The notes under the pieces are model-generated. The model was not told the origin of the DNA. It did not search any database and saw only the letters and a list, made by a program, of their open reading frames with translations. Both the position numbers and the translations under genes were made by a program. 64,000 bases of DNA from Candidatus Methylomirabilota bacterium (GTDB lineage Bacteria; Methylomirabilota; Methylomirabilia; Rokubacteriales; CSP1-6), in NCBI GenBank assembly GCA_036265915.1, contig DATAOC010000046.1, forward strand, positions 4,787 through 68,786, written 5' to 3'. Below, piece by piece: positions 17,215-27,300 of this stretch (positions are counted from its first letter, which is position 1; every line of letters begins with the position of its first letter).

Positions 17215-18291
17215 TCAGCTGACGCGACGGACGACGGGCGGCGGCGAGTCCTCCACGAGGGCGGCCGTCCGCGTGTCGCGCCAGACGATGCGCGCGGCGG
17301 CGACGACGGGCACGGCGAGGAACATGCCGACCGGACCCGCGATCTCGCCACCGGCGAGGATGGCGAAGATCACGAGACCCGGCGGCAGCTCGATGCCGCG
17401 GCCCATCACGAGCGGGCTGGTGACGTAGTCCTGCACGAGCCGCCACGCGACGGCGAAGCCGGCCACGAGCCACGGGTGCGCGTAGCCGGTCATCACACAG
17501 ACGACGACCGCGAGGGCCCCCGCGAGCAGCGGGCCCACCAGCGGCACGAACTCCGCCAGCGCGGCCACCGCCGCCAGCACGAGCGCGTACGGCGCACCGC
17601 CGAGCGACAGCACGAGCGTCCACGCCACGAACGTGGCGAGCGAGAGCAGGATCAGCGCGCGCACGTACTGCCCGAGCGCCTCGTGGAGATCGCATGCGAT
17701 CAGGCGCCACAGCCGCCGGTGGCGCCGCTCGGCGAAGAAGCTGCCGGCCGCGGCCACGAGCTCGCCATTGGCGAGCATGATGAACGCGAAGATGGGGACG
17801 AGCACGACCTCCCACGCGCCGGCCACCCAGGCGACGAAGGCGGTGACGAGACGCTGCGCGGTGCCGAGCCACTCGCCGGTGTGCGCGCGAATGGCGTCCT
17901 GGATCCCGGCGATCGCTGTCGGCGGCACGCCGAACCGGTCGAGCACGCTCTCGGTGAGCGCGCCGCTCTTGACGTCCGCCGTCATGGCCGGCAGGCGCTG
18001 CACGAGGGCGCTCACCTCGGCGCTGAGCCGGGGGCCGAGCGCCATCGCGAGCACGCCGATGCCGACCGCGAGCGCGGCGTAGGTCACGAGCAGGGCCAGG
18101 ATGCGCCGGTGGCGGGTCGGAAGACGGCGCTCGAGCCCGGCGACGAGGGGGTAGAGCAGGTACGCGAAGAAGACCGCGAACGCCACCATGACGAGCAGGT
18201 GGCGGAGCGCGTAGAGCAGCGCGAGCGCGGCCGCGGCGACCACCACCGTCCACACCACCCGGAGCGCGCGTGCGTCGAGGCCGAACGGCAC
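17215..18291 (-). CDS. AI-2E family transporter (PerM/UPF0118-like permease)
   Basis: 358-aa ORF, strongly hydrophobic with about 8 predicted TM segments. Family resemblance only. Confidence 0.8.
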   Translation of the reverse strand: MPFGLDARALRVVWTVVVAAAALALLYALRHLLVMVAFAVFFAYLLYPLVAGLERRLPTRHRRILALLVTYAALAVGIGVLAMALGPRLSAEVSALVQRLPAMTADVKSGALTESVLDRFGVPPTAIAGIQDAIRAHTGEWLGTAQRLVTAFVAWVAGAWEVVLVPIFAFIMLANGELVAAAGSFFAERRHRRLWRLIACDLHEALGQYVRALILLSLATFVAWTLVLSLGGAPYALVLAAVAALAEFVPLVGPLLAGALAVVVCVMTGYAHPWLVAGFAVAWRLVQDYVTSPLVMGRGIELPPGLVIFAILAGGEIAGPVGMFLAVPVVAAARIVWRDTRTAALVEDSPPPVVRRVS

Positions 18292-18325
18292 GGCCTTGCC
18301 AGAGGCAAGGACCGTGCCCTCGAGA

Positions 18326-19672
18326 TCAGCGAGTCAGCTCGCGGTCCAGCTCGCCGACGCTGTCGGCGACGATGGCGATCAGCTGGTCCACCTCGGCCGG
18401 CGTGATGCAGAGCGGCGGGGCCAGCCGGAGCACGTTGCCGCGGGCGTAGACGATGGCGCCGCGCTCCCACGCCTTGCGATCGAGCTTGGCGACCTCCGCC
18501 TGGGCCAGGGGACGCCCGGTCCCGCTGGGCTCGACGAGCTCGGCGCAGACCAGGAGACCGCGGCCACGAACCTCGCCGACGATCCGCCGCTTGCCGACCG
18601 CCGCTTGCAGCCCGGCGAGCAGCCGTGCGCCCATCGTGGCGGCGTTGTCGACGAGATGGTCCTTCTCCATGATCTGCAGATTCGCGAGCGCGGCCGCGCA
18701 GGCGACCGGATGGGCCGCGTAGGTGTTGGGATGCACGTTCTCCTGGGTGGCGTCGTCGGCGAACGCCGAGGCCACGCGCCGGCTGGCGATGCTCGCCGAC
18801 AGCGGGATGTAGCCGGACGTGATCCCCTTGGCCACCGACATCAGATCCGGCACGACGTCATCGTGCTCGACGCCGAACCAGCGTCCCGTCCGTCCGAAGC
18901 CGGTGATGACCTCGTCGGCGATCATGAGGACGTCGAGCTCGTCGCAGACGGCCCGCACGGCGCGCAGCCAGCCGATCGGCGGCATGATGAAGCCGCCCGA
19001 CGAGAGGACGGGCTCCATGATCACCGCGGACACCGTGTCGGGCCCTTCCTTCACGATGGCCTCACGCAGCTCGCGCGCGCGCCGCTCCACCAGCTCAGCG
19101 TCGGTGCCAGTGCCGCGATCGCGGAACGGATAGGGAGGCTTCACCTTCGCGAAGCCCGGCACCTGCAGCGCCGCGTACGGGGCGGCAAGGGCGGGCAAGC
19201 CGCAGACGGCGAACGTTCCCATGGTGGCGCCGTGGTAGCCACCCTCCAGCGCGATGACCTTGTGCTTGCCGGACTTGCCGCGGGCCATCCAGTACTGCCG
19301 GGCGATCTGCATCGACCGTTCGTTGGCCTCGGAGCCGCTGACCGCGAACATGCTGACGTCGAGATCGCCCGGCGTCAGCGAGGCCAGCTTGGCCGCGAGC
19401 TCGGCGGCCGGCCGGTTCGAGAACTGGCGCGTCGTCGGATAGTAGGCGAGCCGCACGGTCTGCTCCGCGATCGCCTCGGCGATCTCGCGCCGGCCGTGTC
19501 CGACGTTGACGACGGCGAGGCCGGCGAAGGCGTCCATGAGCTTCTTGCCGCGCTCGGTCCACACCCACACGCCCTCGGCGCGGTCGACGACCAGCTCCTC
19601 GTCGGGCAGCCACGGGTGGTCCTGCGTCTTGTGCGTCCACAGATGACGGATGGCGTCGGGGCTCGTGGTCAT
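18326..19672 (-). CDS. Class-III PLP-dependent aminotransferase (omega-transaminase-like)
   Basis: ATG at 19672 (MTTSPDAIRHLW), 448 aa, with motifs SGSEANE, DEVITGFGRTG and SVAKGITSG. It is the C-terminal part of listed ORF 18326..21703. Confidence 0.9.
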   Translation of the reverse strand: MTTSPDAIRHLWTHKTQDHPWLPDEELVVDRAEGVWVWTERGKKLMDAFAGLAVVNVGHGRREIAEAIAEQTVRLAYYPTTRQFSNRPAAELAAKLASLTPGDLDVSMFAVSGSEANERSMQIARQYWMARGKSGKHKVIALEGGYHGATMGTFAVCGLPALAAPYAALQVPGFAKVKPPYPFRDRGTGTDAELVERRARELREAIVKEGPDTVSAVIMEPVLSSGGFIMPPIGWLRAVRAVCDELDVLMIADEVITGFGRTGRWFGVEHDDVVPDLMSVAKGITSGYIPLSASIASRRVASAFADDATQENVHPNTYAAHPVACAAALANLQIMEKDHLVDNAATMGARLLAGLQAAVGKRRIVGEVRGRGLLVCAELVEPSGTGRPLAQAEVAKLDRKAWERGAIVYARGNVLRLAPPLCITPAEVDQLIAIVADSVGELDRELTR

Positions 19673-19679
19673 GGCGCCT

Positions 19680-19689
19680 ACTGTATCAT
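19680..19689. promoter_or_regulatory. Overlapping divergent -10-like TANNNT hexamers in a 24-bp spacer
   Basis: TATCAT (plus, 19684..19689) ends 7 nt before the hyuA-like ATG at 19697. TACAGT (minus, 19685..19680) ends 7 nt before the aminotransferase ATG at 19672. Neither start has a Shine-Dalgarno sequence. Confidence 0.35.
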
Positions 19690-19696
19690 CGGCCGC

Positions 19697-21733
19697 ATGT
19701 TCGTCGTGGGGATCGACGTCGGCGGCACCTTCACGGACCTCACCGCGGTCGACGACGCGACCGGCCGCGTGGTCATCACCAAGGTGCCGTCGCGGCGGCG
19801 CGCGGAGGGATCGGCGGTGCTCGCCGGTCTGGCCGCCCTCGGGATCGACGGGCACGAGGTCCGCCGCCTCGTGCACGGAACCACCGTCGGCACCAACGCG
19901 GTCCTCGAGCGGCGCGGCGCTCGCGTCGCCGTGCTCACGACGGCCGGGTTTCGCGATCTCGTCGAGATCGGTCGCACGAAGCGCAACATCCCCGCGCTCT
20001 TCGTGCCGACGTTCGTGCGGCCCAAGCCCGTCGTCGAGCGCAAGCACCGGTTCGAGGTGACGGAGCGTTTGGCCGCCGACGGCTCCGTGCTGGTGCCGCT
20101 CGATGCGGCGAGCGTCGAGCGCGCGGTCGACGCCGTGCTGGCCGCGGGCGCCGAGGCGGTCGCCGTCTGCCTGTTGCACTCCTATCTCGACCCGACGCAC
20201 GAGCGGGCCGTCGCCGACGCGGTGAAGGGGCGCAAGCCGGAGCTGCCCGTGTCGTGCTCCGCGGACGTCGTGCCCGAGTATCGCGAGTTCGAGCGCTTCT
20301 CCACGACCGTGCTCAACGCATACCTGCAGCGGCTGATGGACGAGTACCTCACCGGTCTGGAGGAGCGGCTGCTCGCCTCGGGCTACGCGCACGGCGTGCT
20401 GACCGTCGGCTCCAGCGGCGGAATGATGACGACGGGCACCGCGCGCCGGCTGCCGATCCGAACGATCTTCTCGGGCCCGGCCGGCGGCGTCAGCCAGGCG
20501 TGCTTCGTCGGCGCTGTCGCCGGTGTGCGGAGCTTCATCACCTACGACATGGGCGGGACCTCGACCGACGTCTGCCTCGTGCACGACCTCACGCCGGTCA
20601 TGACCTCCGACAGCATCGTCGGCGCGTTCCCGGTGAAGGTGCCGCAGCTCGACATGCACACGGTCGGCGCCGGGGGCGGCTCCATCGCGTGGCTCGACGT
20701 CGACGGCAGCCTCCACGTCGGGCCGCGCAGCGCCGGTGCGGCGCCCGGACCCGCGGCGTACGGCCTCGGCGGCACCGAGCCAACCGTCACCGACGCCAAC
20801 GTGGTCCTTGGCCGCATCGGGGGCGCCCGGCGGCTCGGCGGCAGCATCGCGCTCGAGCCCGAACGCGCGCGCGCGGCGATCGCGGCGCTCGCCGGCCGGA
20901 TGCGCGGCGGGCTCGCCGTCGAGGCGCTCGCCGAGGGCATCGTCACGCTGGCCGTCGCACGCATGACGTCCGCGATCCGCGAGATCTCGATCCAGCGCGG
21001 CCACGATCCGCGCGATTTCACGCTGATCGCCTTCGGCGGCGCGGGGCCGATGCACGCGCTGGCGCTGGCCGAGGAGATCGGGCTGCCGCGCGTGCTCGTG
21101 CCGCGATACCCGGGCAACTTCTCGGCGCTCGGCCTGCTCGCCTCCGACATCAAGCACGACGACGTGCGCACGCGCGTGGGCGCGCTGCGCGAGCAGCTCG
21201 GCGCGCTGGCGACGCTCTTCGAGGAGATGGAAGCCAGCGCGCAGCGGCAGCTCGAGCTGGAGGGCTTCGCCTCCTCGCAGCAGCGGCTCGTTCGCTCGCT
21301 CGATCTCCGCTATCGCGGCCAGGCGTTCGAGCTCAACGTGCCGGTGGACGCGGCGCTCGCCGTCGACGCCATCGAGGCGGCCTTCCACCGGCAGCATCGC
21401 GTGACGTATGGCCACGCCAGCCCGGACGCCACCGTGGAGCTCGTGAACGCGCGGCTCATCGCCTACGGCGTCGTGGCCAAGCCGACGGTCGAGCCGCATC
21501 GGGGCGGCACGGCCAGGCTGGACGACGCGCTCATCGAGCGGCGCGCCGTCTTCTTCGGCGGGGCGCCGGTACGCTGTCCCGTGTGGGAGCGCGACCGGCT
21601 GGCCGCCGGCGCCGAGCTGGCGGGCCCGGCCATCATCGAGGAGTTCGGCGCCACCACGGTCGTGCCGCCGGGCTGGCGCGGACGGCTGGATGCACACGGG
21701 CATCTCCTCTTCGAGCGGAGTGTCGGCGCGTGA
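19697..21733 (+). CDS. Hydantoinase/oxoprolinase family protein, A subunit (HyuA-like)
   Basis: ATG at 19697 (MFVVGIDVGGTFTD), 678 aa, with HGTTVGTNA and DMGGTSTD ATPase-fold motifs. Confidence 0.9.
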   Translation: MFVVGIDVGGTFTDLTAVDDATGRVVITKVPSRRRAEGSAVLAGLAALGIDGHEVRRLVHGTTVGTNAVLERRGARVAVLTTAGFRDLVEIGRTKRNIPALFVPTFVRPKPVVERKHRFEVTERLAADGSVLVPLDAASVERAVDAVLAAGAEAVAVCLLHSYLDPTHERAVADAVKGRKPELPVSCSADVVPEYREFERFSTTVLNAYLQRLMDEYLTGLEERLLASGYAHGVLTVGSSGGMMTTGTARRLPIRTIFSGPAGGVSQACFVGAVAGVRSFITYDMGGTSTDVCLVHDLTPVMTSDSIVGAFPVKVPQLDMHTVGAGGGSIAWLDVDGSLHVGPRSAGAAPGPAAYGLGGTEPTVTDANVVLGRIGGARRLGGSIALEPERARAAIAALAGRMRGGLAVEALAEGIVTLAVARMTSAIREISIQRGHDPRDFTLIAFGGAGPMHALALAEEIGLPRVLVPRYPGNFSALGLLASDIKHDDVRTRVGALREQLGALATLFEEMEASAQRQLELEGFASSQQRLVRSLDLRYRGQAFELNVPVDAALAVDAIEAAFHRQHRVTYGHASPDATVELVNARLIAYGVVAKPTVEPHRGGTARLDDALIERRAVFFGGAPVRCPVWERDRLAAGAELAGPAIIEEFGATTVVPPGWRGRLDAHGHLLFERSVGA

Positions 21734-23754
21734 TCGACCCCATCACGCTGGAGGTCATCCGCGAGGCGTTCGTGTCGATCGTGCGCGAGATGCGCGTGAC
21801 GCTCGTGCGCACCGCGTACTCCTCCGTGCTGTACGAGGGCGAGGACTTCTCCTGCGTGCTCATGGACGGGCAGGCGCAGATCGTGGCCATGTCGAAGGGG
21901 CAGGACCATCCGCTGCACATCGTGCCGATCGCCTGGTCGATGCGCGCGGTGCGCGAGCGATTCGGCGACGGCATCCGGCCCGGCGACATCTTCCTGCACA
22001 ACGACCCGTACACGGGCGGCACCCACCTGAACGACGTGGCGATGATCATGCCGCTGTTCGCGCCGGGGCAGGGCGGCATCGACGAGCTGTTCGTGTTCCC
22101 CGTCGTGCGTGCGCACTGGGGCGACGTGGGCGGCATGAGCGCCGGCAGCCTCTCCGGCGGCGCCACCGAGATTTTCCAGGAGGGCGTGCGCATTCCGCCC
22201 ATCCGCATCGTCGACGGCGGGCGCCCCAACCAGGCCGCGCTCGAGCTCATCTTCGCCAACATGCGCGGCCCGCGGGAGCGTGAGGGCGACTTCAACGCGA
22301 TGCTGGGCACGTGCCGCAAGGCGGCCGAGCGCGTGGAGGCGCTCGCGGCACGCTACGGCGCCGCCGTCGTGCGGGCGGCGGTGGCGGAGCTGATGGATCG
22401 CGCGGAGGCGCGCATGCGGCAGGCGATCTCGGCGCTGCCGTCAGGCGAGTACTGCTACGAGGCGCACCTCGAGAGCGGCCAGCGGCGGCTCGAGCCGCTC
22501 ACCGTGCGCGCCCGCGTGACCGTGGCCGGCGACACCATCACCGTCGACCTTGCGGGCAGCTCACCGCAGACCGCGGGACCGACGAACGTCGGGCCGGCGA
22601 TGGCGCCGACCGGCGCCTTCACGATCGTGAAAGCGTTCCTCGACCCCGGCGCCGACGTGAACTCCGGCGCGTTCCGTCCGCTCACCGTGCTCACGCCGCG
22701 CGGCACCATCGTCAACGCCGACCCGCCCGCGCCGTGCGGCGGCATGGTGGAGGTGAAGTACTGCGTGGAGGCCGCGGTGATGGGCGCGCTCGCGCAGGCC
22801 CTCGACGGCAAGGTGGCGGGCGACCTGAAGGGCGGCGGCAATCACTGCTACGTGGGCGGCCCGCACCCGCGCTCGGGCGAGACGTTCATCTTCTACGAGT
22901 ACCCGGCCGGCGGCACCGGCGGCTTCGACGGCGGCGACGGCAGCAATGCCGTGCGCACGTGGACGGAGAGCGACATGACGACGGTGCAGCCCATCGAGGC
23001 CGTCGAGCAGCTCTATCCCGTCCGCGTCGAGCGGCTGGCCCTGCGCGAGGATTCCGGCGGCCCGGGTCGGTGGCGCGGCGGGCTGGGCCTCGTGCGCGAG
23101 GTCCGCGTGCTGTGTCCGGGTGCGCGACTGTCCGTGCTCGCCGAGAAGGCGGTGCTGCCGCCGTTCGGCGTGTGCCGCGGCGCCGCCGGCGCGGCCAATC
23201 GCTTCCTCGTCCGCCGCGACGGCGTGGTCATCCAGCCCTCGCCGCTGCCCGGCAAGGTCGGCGGGTTTCCGCTGGAATCCGGCGACATCGTCGTGATGGA
23301 GACGTCGGGAGGCGGTGGCTTCGGCGATCCGCTGCAGCGCGAGCCGGCGCGCGTCGTCGCGGACCTGGAGGAAGGCTACGTGACGCCGGAGGCGGCCGCG
23401 CGCGTCTACGGCCTCATCGAGCGTGCGCGCGCGGTGAACGAGGAAGCGACACGCGAGCAGCGCGCGCGCCTCGCCGCGCAGCGTATTCACGTGGCGCTCA
23501 CCGCCGCCGAGCTCGGCGATCGCTCGGGCCGGCCCATTCGCCTGGATGCCGACACGGCGCAGACGCTCGGCGTCGACGCCGGCGGCGTGGTGGAGCTCGT
23601 GAACCCGAACGGCGCGCCCCTGCGCGCGTGGGTGGTGGAGCTCGGTGGTCCGCGGCGCCACGCGGCCATCGCGCCGATCGCGCTGCGCATGCTCGGCGTG
23701 GAGCCGGGTGCCGAGGTCGAGATCCGGGCGGTGCACTCCGGCATCCTTCCCTGA
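21730..23754 (+). CDS. Hydantoinase B/oxoprolinase family protein (HyuB-like) with about 90-aa C-terminal extension
   Basis: The GTG at 21730 overlaps the hyuA-like stop (GTGA). 674 aa with DPYTGGTHLND. An extra C-terminal domain starts near residue 585. Confidence 0.9.
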   Translation: MIDPITLEVIREAFVSIVREMRVTLVRTAYSSVLYEGEDFSCVLMDGQAQIVAMSKGQDHPLHIVPIAWSMRAVRERFGDGIRPGDIFLHNDPYTGGTHLNDVAMIMPLFAPGQGGIDELFVFPVVRAHWGDVGGMSAGSLSGGATEIFQEGVRIPPIRIVDGGRPNQAALELIFANMRGPREREGDFNAMLGTCRKAAERVEALAARYGAAVVRAAVAELMDRAEARMRQAISALPSGEYCYEAHLESGQRRLEPLTVRARVTVAGDTITVDLAGSSPQTAGPTNVGPAMAPTGAFTIVKAFLDPGADVNSGAFRPLTVLTPRGTIVNADPPAPCGGMVEVKYCVEAAVMGALAQALDGKVAGDLKGGGNHCYVGGPHPRSGETFIFYEYPAGGTGGFDGGDGSNAVRTWTESDMTTVQPIEAVEQLYPVRVERLALREDSGGPGRWRGGLGLVREVRVLCPGARLSVLAEKAVLPPFGVCRGAAGAANRFLVRRDGVVIQPSPLPGKVGGFPLESGDIVVMETSGGGGFGDPLQREPARVVADLEEGYVTPEAAARVYGLIERARAVNEEATREQRARLAAQRIHVALTAAELGDRSGRPIRLDADTAQTLGVDAGGVVELVNPNGAPLRAWVVELGGPRRHAAIAPIALRMLGVEPGAEVEIRAVHSGILP

Positions 23755-23823
23755 CCGCGCCGCTGACCGGCGCAGACTTTGCAATAGCTCCAACAATCGT
23801 AAGCAATCGCAAGGAGGACGGCG

Positions 23824-24669
23824 ATGCGATGGGCGGGCGGCCGGCGCAGCGACAACATCGAGGACCGGCGTGGCATCGGCGTGCCGCTCGGCGTCGCGGG
23901 CGGCGGGCTCGGTACGGTCGTCATCCTCGTGCTGGCCCTCTTCTTTGGCTTCGATCCCGGCGCCATCCTGAACACGGACGCGCCGGCGCCGCAGAGCCCG
24001 TCGCGGCCGTCGACGTCACCCGCGCTCGACGCCCAGACGGAGTTCGTCTCCGTGGTGCTCGCGGACACCGAGGACACGTGGGGTGAGCTCTTCCGGCAGA
24101 TGAATCGCGACTACGAGCCCCCGAAGCTCGTCCTCTTCCGGAGCGCAGTGCAGTCGGCGTGCGGCATCGCCGGCGCCGCCGTCGGCCCGTTCTACTGTCC
24201 CCCGGACCGCAAGGTCTATCTCGACCTCGATTTCTTCCGTGCGCTCAGCGAGCGCTTCAAGGCGCCCGGGGACTTCGCGCAGGCCTACGTGATCGCGCAC
24301 GAGGTCGGCCATCACGTGCAGAATCTCCTCGGCATCACCGACCGGGTGGGCGCGGCGCGGGAGCGGCGTCAGCGGACCGACGCCAACGCGCTGTCGGTCC
24401 GCACCGAGCTGCAGGCGGACTGCCTGGCCGGCGTGTGGGCGCACCACGCCGACGCCTCGCGCAAGCTGCTGGAGAAAGGCGATCTCGAGGAGGCGCTGGC
24501 CGCCGCGTCCGCGATCGGCGACGACCGGCTGCAGCGTCAGACGCAGGGCCGCGTGGCGCCGGAGTCGTTCACGCACGGCACCTCCGAGCAGCGTTCGCGC
24601 TGGTTCAAGCGCGGCTTCGACACCGGCGCCGTGCGTCAGTGCGATACGTTCGGGGCGGCCGCGCTGTAG
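23824..24669 (+). CDS. YpfJ-family putative neutral zinc metallopeptidase
   Basis: AAGGAGGA lies upstream. 281 aa with N-terminal RSDNIEDRRG, one TM segment and the HEVGHHVQ zinc motif. Confidence 0.85.
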   Translation: MRWAGGRRSDNIEDRRGIGVPLGVAGGGLGTVVILVLALFFGFDPGAILNTDAPAPQSPSRPSTSPALDAQTEFVSVVLADTEDTWGELFRQMNRDYEPPKLVLFRSAVQSACGIAGAAVGPFYCPPDRKVYLDLDFFRALSERFKAPGDFAQAYVIAHEVGHHVQNLLGITDRVGAARERRQRTDANALSVRTELQADCLAGVWAHHADASRKLLEKGDLEEALAAASAIGDDRLQRQTQGRVAPESFTHGTSEQRSRWFKRGFDTGAVRQCDTFGAAAL

Positions 24670-24678
24670 CGCGGCCGG

Positions 24679-25437
24679 CTAGCCGCGTCCCACGAACGGC
24701 ATCTTCGTGGCCATCACCGTCATGAAGAGCACGTTGGCGTCCAGCGGCAGGCTGGCCATGTAGATGACGGCCTTCGCGACGTTGTCGACGTTCATCGTCG
24801 GCTCGATCTCGACGGAGCCGTTCGGCTGCGGCACGCCCTTCTTCATGCGCTCCGTCATCGGCGTGGCGGCATTGCCGATGTCGATCTGACCGCACGCGAT
24901 GTCGTACTTCCGGCCGTCGAGCGCCGTGGACTTCGTCAGCCCGGTGATCGCGTGCTTCGTGGACGTGTACGGCGCGGAGTTCGGCCGCGGCGCGTGCGCC
25001 GAGATGGAGCCGTTGTTGATGATGCGTCCGCCGCGCGGCTGCTGGTTCTTCATGATCTTGATCGCTTCCTGCGTGCACAGGAAGGTGCCGTGCAGGTTGG
25101 CGTCGACGACGGCCTTCCACTGCTCCCAGGTGAGGTCCTCGAGGGGAATGGCGGGCGCGCCGCTGCCGGCGTTGTTGAACAGCAGGTCGAGGCGCCCGTA
25201 CGTCGCCTTGGTCTTGGTGAACAGCAGCTTCACCGCCTCGGGGTCGCCGACATCGGTCGGCACCACCATCGCCAGGCGTGAGCCGGCCGCAGTGGCCTCG
25301 GCCGCCGTCGCCTCCAGCGCTTCCTTGCGCCGCCCCGCCAGCACCACCGCGTAGTCCTCGCGCAAGAGTGCCAGGGCCACGCTCTTGCCGATACCGCTGC
25401 CCGCGCCCGTCACGATCGCGACCTTGTTGGTAGCCAT
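24679..25437 (-). CDS. SDR-family oxidoreductase
   Basis: 252 aa with TGAGSGIG cofactor motif and catalytic YTSTK (YxxxK). Confidence 0.9.
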   Translation of the reverse strand: MATNKVAIVTGAGSGIGKSVALALLREDYAVVLAGRRKEALEATAAEATAAGSRLAMVVPTDVGDPEAVKLLFTKTKATYGRLDLLFNNAGSGAPAIPLEDLTWEQWKAVVDANLHGTFLCTQEAIKIMKNQQPRGGRIINNGSISAHAPRPNSAPYTSTKHAITGLTKSTALDGRKYDIACGQIDIGNAATPMTERMKKGVPQPNGSVEIEPTMNVDNVAKAVIYMASLPLDANVLFMTVMATKMPFVGRG

Positions 25438-25492
25438 GCCCGGGATGCTACCACGGCGGATTCCGCCGGGCGCTCGCGGCGCCGTCGGACGT

Positions 25493-26785
25493 CTAGAGCT
25501 GCGACTCGATCGGCATGACGAAGAGCTCGAGGAGCTTCGTGCGGAGCCCGCGCGCCTGCCACGCCTCGTAGGTCACGCGACGCGCGCGCCCGAGGTCGGT
25601 CTCGAAGGCCGTGGACAGGCGCTCGACGACGCTGCGGTCGTGGAGCACGACGTTCAGCTCGTCGTTGAGCTCGAACGACCGGTTGTCGAAGTTGGTGGAG
25701 CCCACGGTGGCCCACACGCCGTCGACCACCACCGTCTTGGAGTGCAGCAGCGACGCCTGATACTCGTAGATCTCCACGCCGCCGCGGAGCAGCCGCCCGA
25801 ACCCGCGGCGGCTCGCCGCGCGCACGAGGTTGTGGTCGATCTTGCCGGGCGTCAGCGCGACCACGCGCACGCCCCGGGACGCGGCCGCCAGCAGCGCCTC
25901 TTCCAGGCGGTCGTCGGGAAGGAAATACGGGTTGGTCAGGTAGATGCTGCGCCGCGCGCCCGCGATGGCCAGCAGGTACATCGTGTACATGGCGTAGCTG
26001 CCGCCGGCCGGCGACGACTTGATGACCTGCGCACGCGCGTCACCGGGCGCGCGGCGGCCGTCCCAGAAGTAGGCGTCGCCGCCGAGCAGCTCGCCGGTGG
26101 CTTCGCGCCAGTTCTCGAAGAACGCGCTCTGCACGCGGTTGACCGCGGGTCCCTCGATCCGGAGATCGGTGTCCCGCCAGTGACCGTCCTGGCGACCGTC
26201 GCCCGTCCACTTGTCGCTCACGCCGGATCCGCCCGTGATGGCAACGCGTCCGTCCGCGACCAGGATGCGACGATGATTTCGCTTGTTGTGGCGACCGATC
26301 GAGGCGACGCGGCCGAGCGGCCGGAACGTGACGACGTGACAGCCGGCATCCTTCATCAGCCTGACGTACTCGCCGGGCATCGACAGCGTTCCGAAGCCGT
26401 CCAGCAGGATCTTGCCGACCACCCCCGCGCGGCAGCGATCCGCCACCGCCTCGGCGATCGCGCGCGCGGGGCCGCCGTCGGCGTAGAAGTACTCCGCGTA
26501 GTCCAGCGTCGAGCGAGCGGAGCGGATCGCGGCCAGCTTGGCCGGAAAGATCTGGTCGCCGTTCAGCAGCACATCGATCCGGTTGCCGCCCACCACCGGG
26601 CTGGCGGTGTGCGCTTCCATGGTTTCCGAGAACGAGGGATCTCCGGCGCCGACACGCGGAAGCTCCTCCGCCCGCGGCATGCGGTTACACGAGGCCGCGG
26701 CGACGGCAAGGCTGATGGCAAGCGCCGCCAGTGAGGCGGCCAGCGCGATGCGACGCTGGATCATCACTGTCTTAGCACCCGGCAT
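25493..26785 (-). CDS. Phospholipase D / cardiolipin synthase-like lipoprotein (two HKD motifs)
   Basis: 430-aa ORF with a lipoprotein-like leader (...LAVAAASC) and two HKD motifs ([14 protein letters not shown] and [23 protein letters not shown]). An alternative start is Met8 at 26764. Confidence 0.85.
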   Translation of the reverse strand: MPGAKTVMIQRRIALAASLAALAISLAVAAASCNRMPRAEELPRVGAGDPSFSETMEAHTASPVVGGNRIDVLLNGDQIFPAKLAAIRSARSTLDYAEYFYADGGPARAIAEAVADRCRAGVVGKILLDGFGTLSMPGEYVRLMKDAGCHVVTFRPLGRVASIGRHNKRNHRRILVADGRVAITGGSGVSDKWTGDGRQDGHWRDTDLRIEGPAVNRVQSAFFENWREATGELLGGDAYFWDGRRAPGDARAQVIKSSPAGGSYAMYTMYLLAIAGARRSIYLTNPYFLPDDRLEEALLAAASRGVRVVALTPGKIDHNLVRAASRRGFGRLLRGGVEIYEYQASLLHSKTVVVDGVWATVGSTNFDNRSFELNDELNVVLHDRSVVERLSTAFETDLGRARRVTYEAWQARGLRTKLLELFVMPIESQL

Positions 26786-26819
26786 GCCAGCGAGGGCGGA
26801 TTCGAGTTACCATCGCGCC

Positions 26820-27284
26820 ATGACAACGCTGACGGTGGAGCACCCGGAAGAGCTCCTGCAACACGTCGGCCGCGAGCTCGGGCCGTCGGACTGGATGACC
26901 GTCGAGCAGGCGATGATCGACAAGTTCGCGGATGCCACCGGCGACCACCAGTGGATCCACGTGGACGTCAAGCGGGCGAAGCGCGAGATGCCCGGCGGCA
27001 AGACGATCGCGCACGGCTATCTGACGCTGTCGCTCGTTCCACGCATGGCCGCCACGCTGGTGAAGGTCGCGAAGCGACGGCACGGCCTGAACTACGGCTC
27101 GAACAAGGTCCGCTTCACGAACACGGTGCCCGCGGGCGCGCGCCTGCGGCTGCGCCAGAAGCTCGCCGGCGTCGAGCGCGTCGCGGGCAACGGGATTCGC
27201 GTCACGTCCGAGATGACGGTCGAGATCGAGGGGCAGGAGCGGCCCGCGCTCGTCGCGGAGCTCATCGGCGTGCACTACGCCTGA
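26820..27284 (+). CDS. MaoC-family (hot-dog fold) dehydratase
   Basis: ATG at 26820 (MTTLTVEHPEE), 154 aa, with DxxQWIHVD...IAHGYLTL as in R-specific enoyl-CoA hydratases. Confidence 0.85.
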   Translation: MTTLTVEHPEELLQHVGRELGPSDWMTVEQAMIDKFADATGDHQWIHVDVKRAKREMPGGKTIAHGYLTLSLVPRMAATLVKVAKRRHGLNYGSNKVRFTNTVPAGARLRLRQKLAGVERVAGNGIRVTSEMTVEIEGQERPALVAELIGVHYA

Positions 27285-27300
27285 CCCGCGACTGGCCGCC

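Noticed and set aside
18296-19696. N-terminal 467 codons of listed ORF 18296..21733(+), and the N-terminal part of 18326..21703(-).
   Set aside because: These portions are antisense to the aminotransferase and hyuA-like genes respectively. The recognisable proteins start at the internal ATGs 19697 and 19672.
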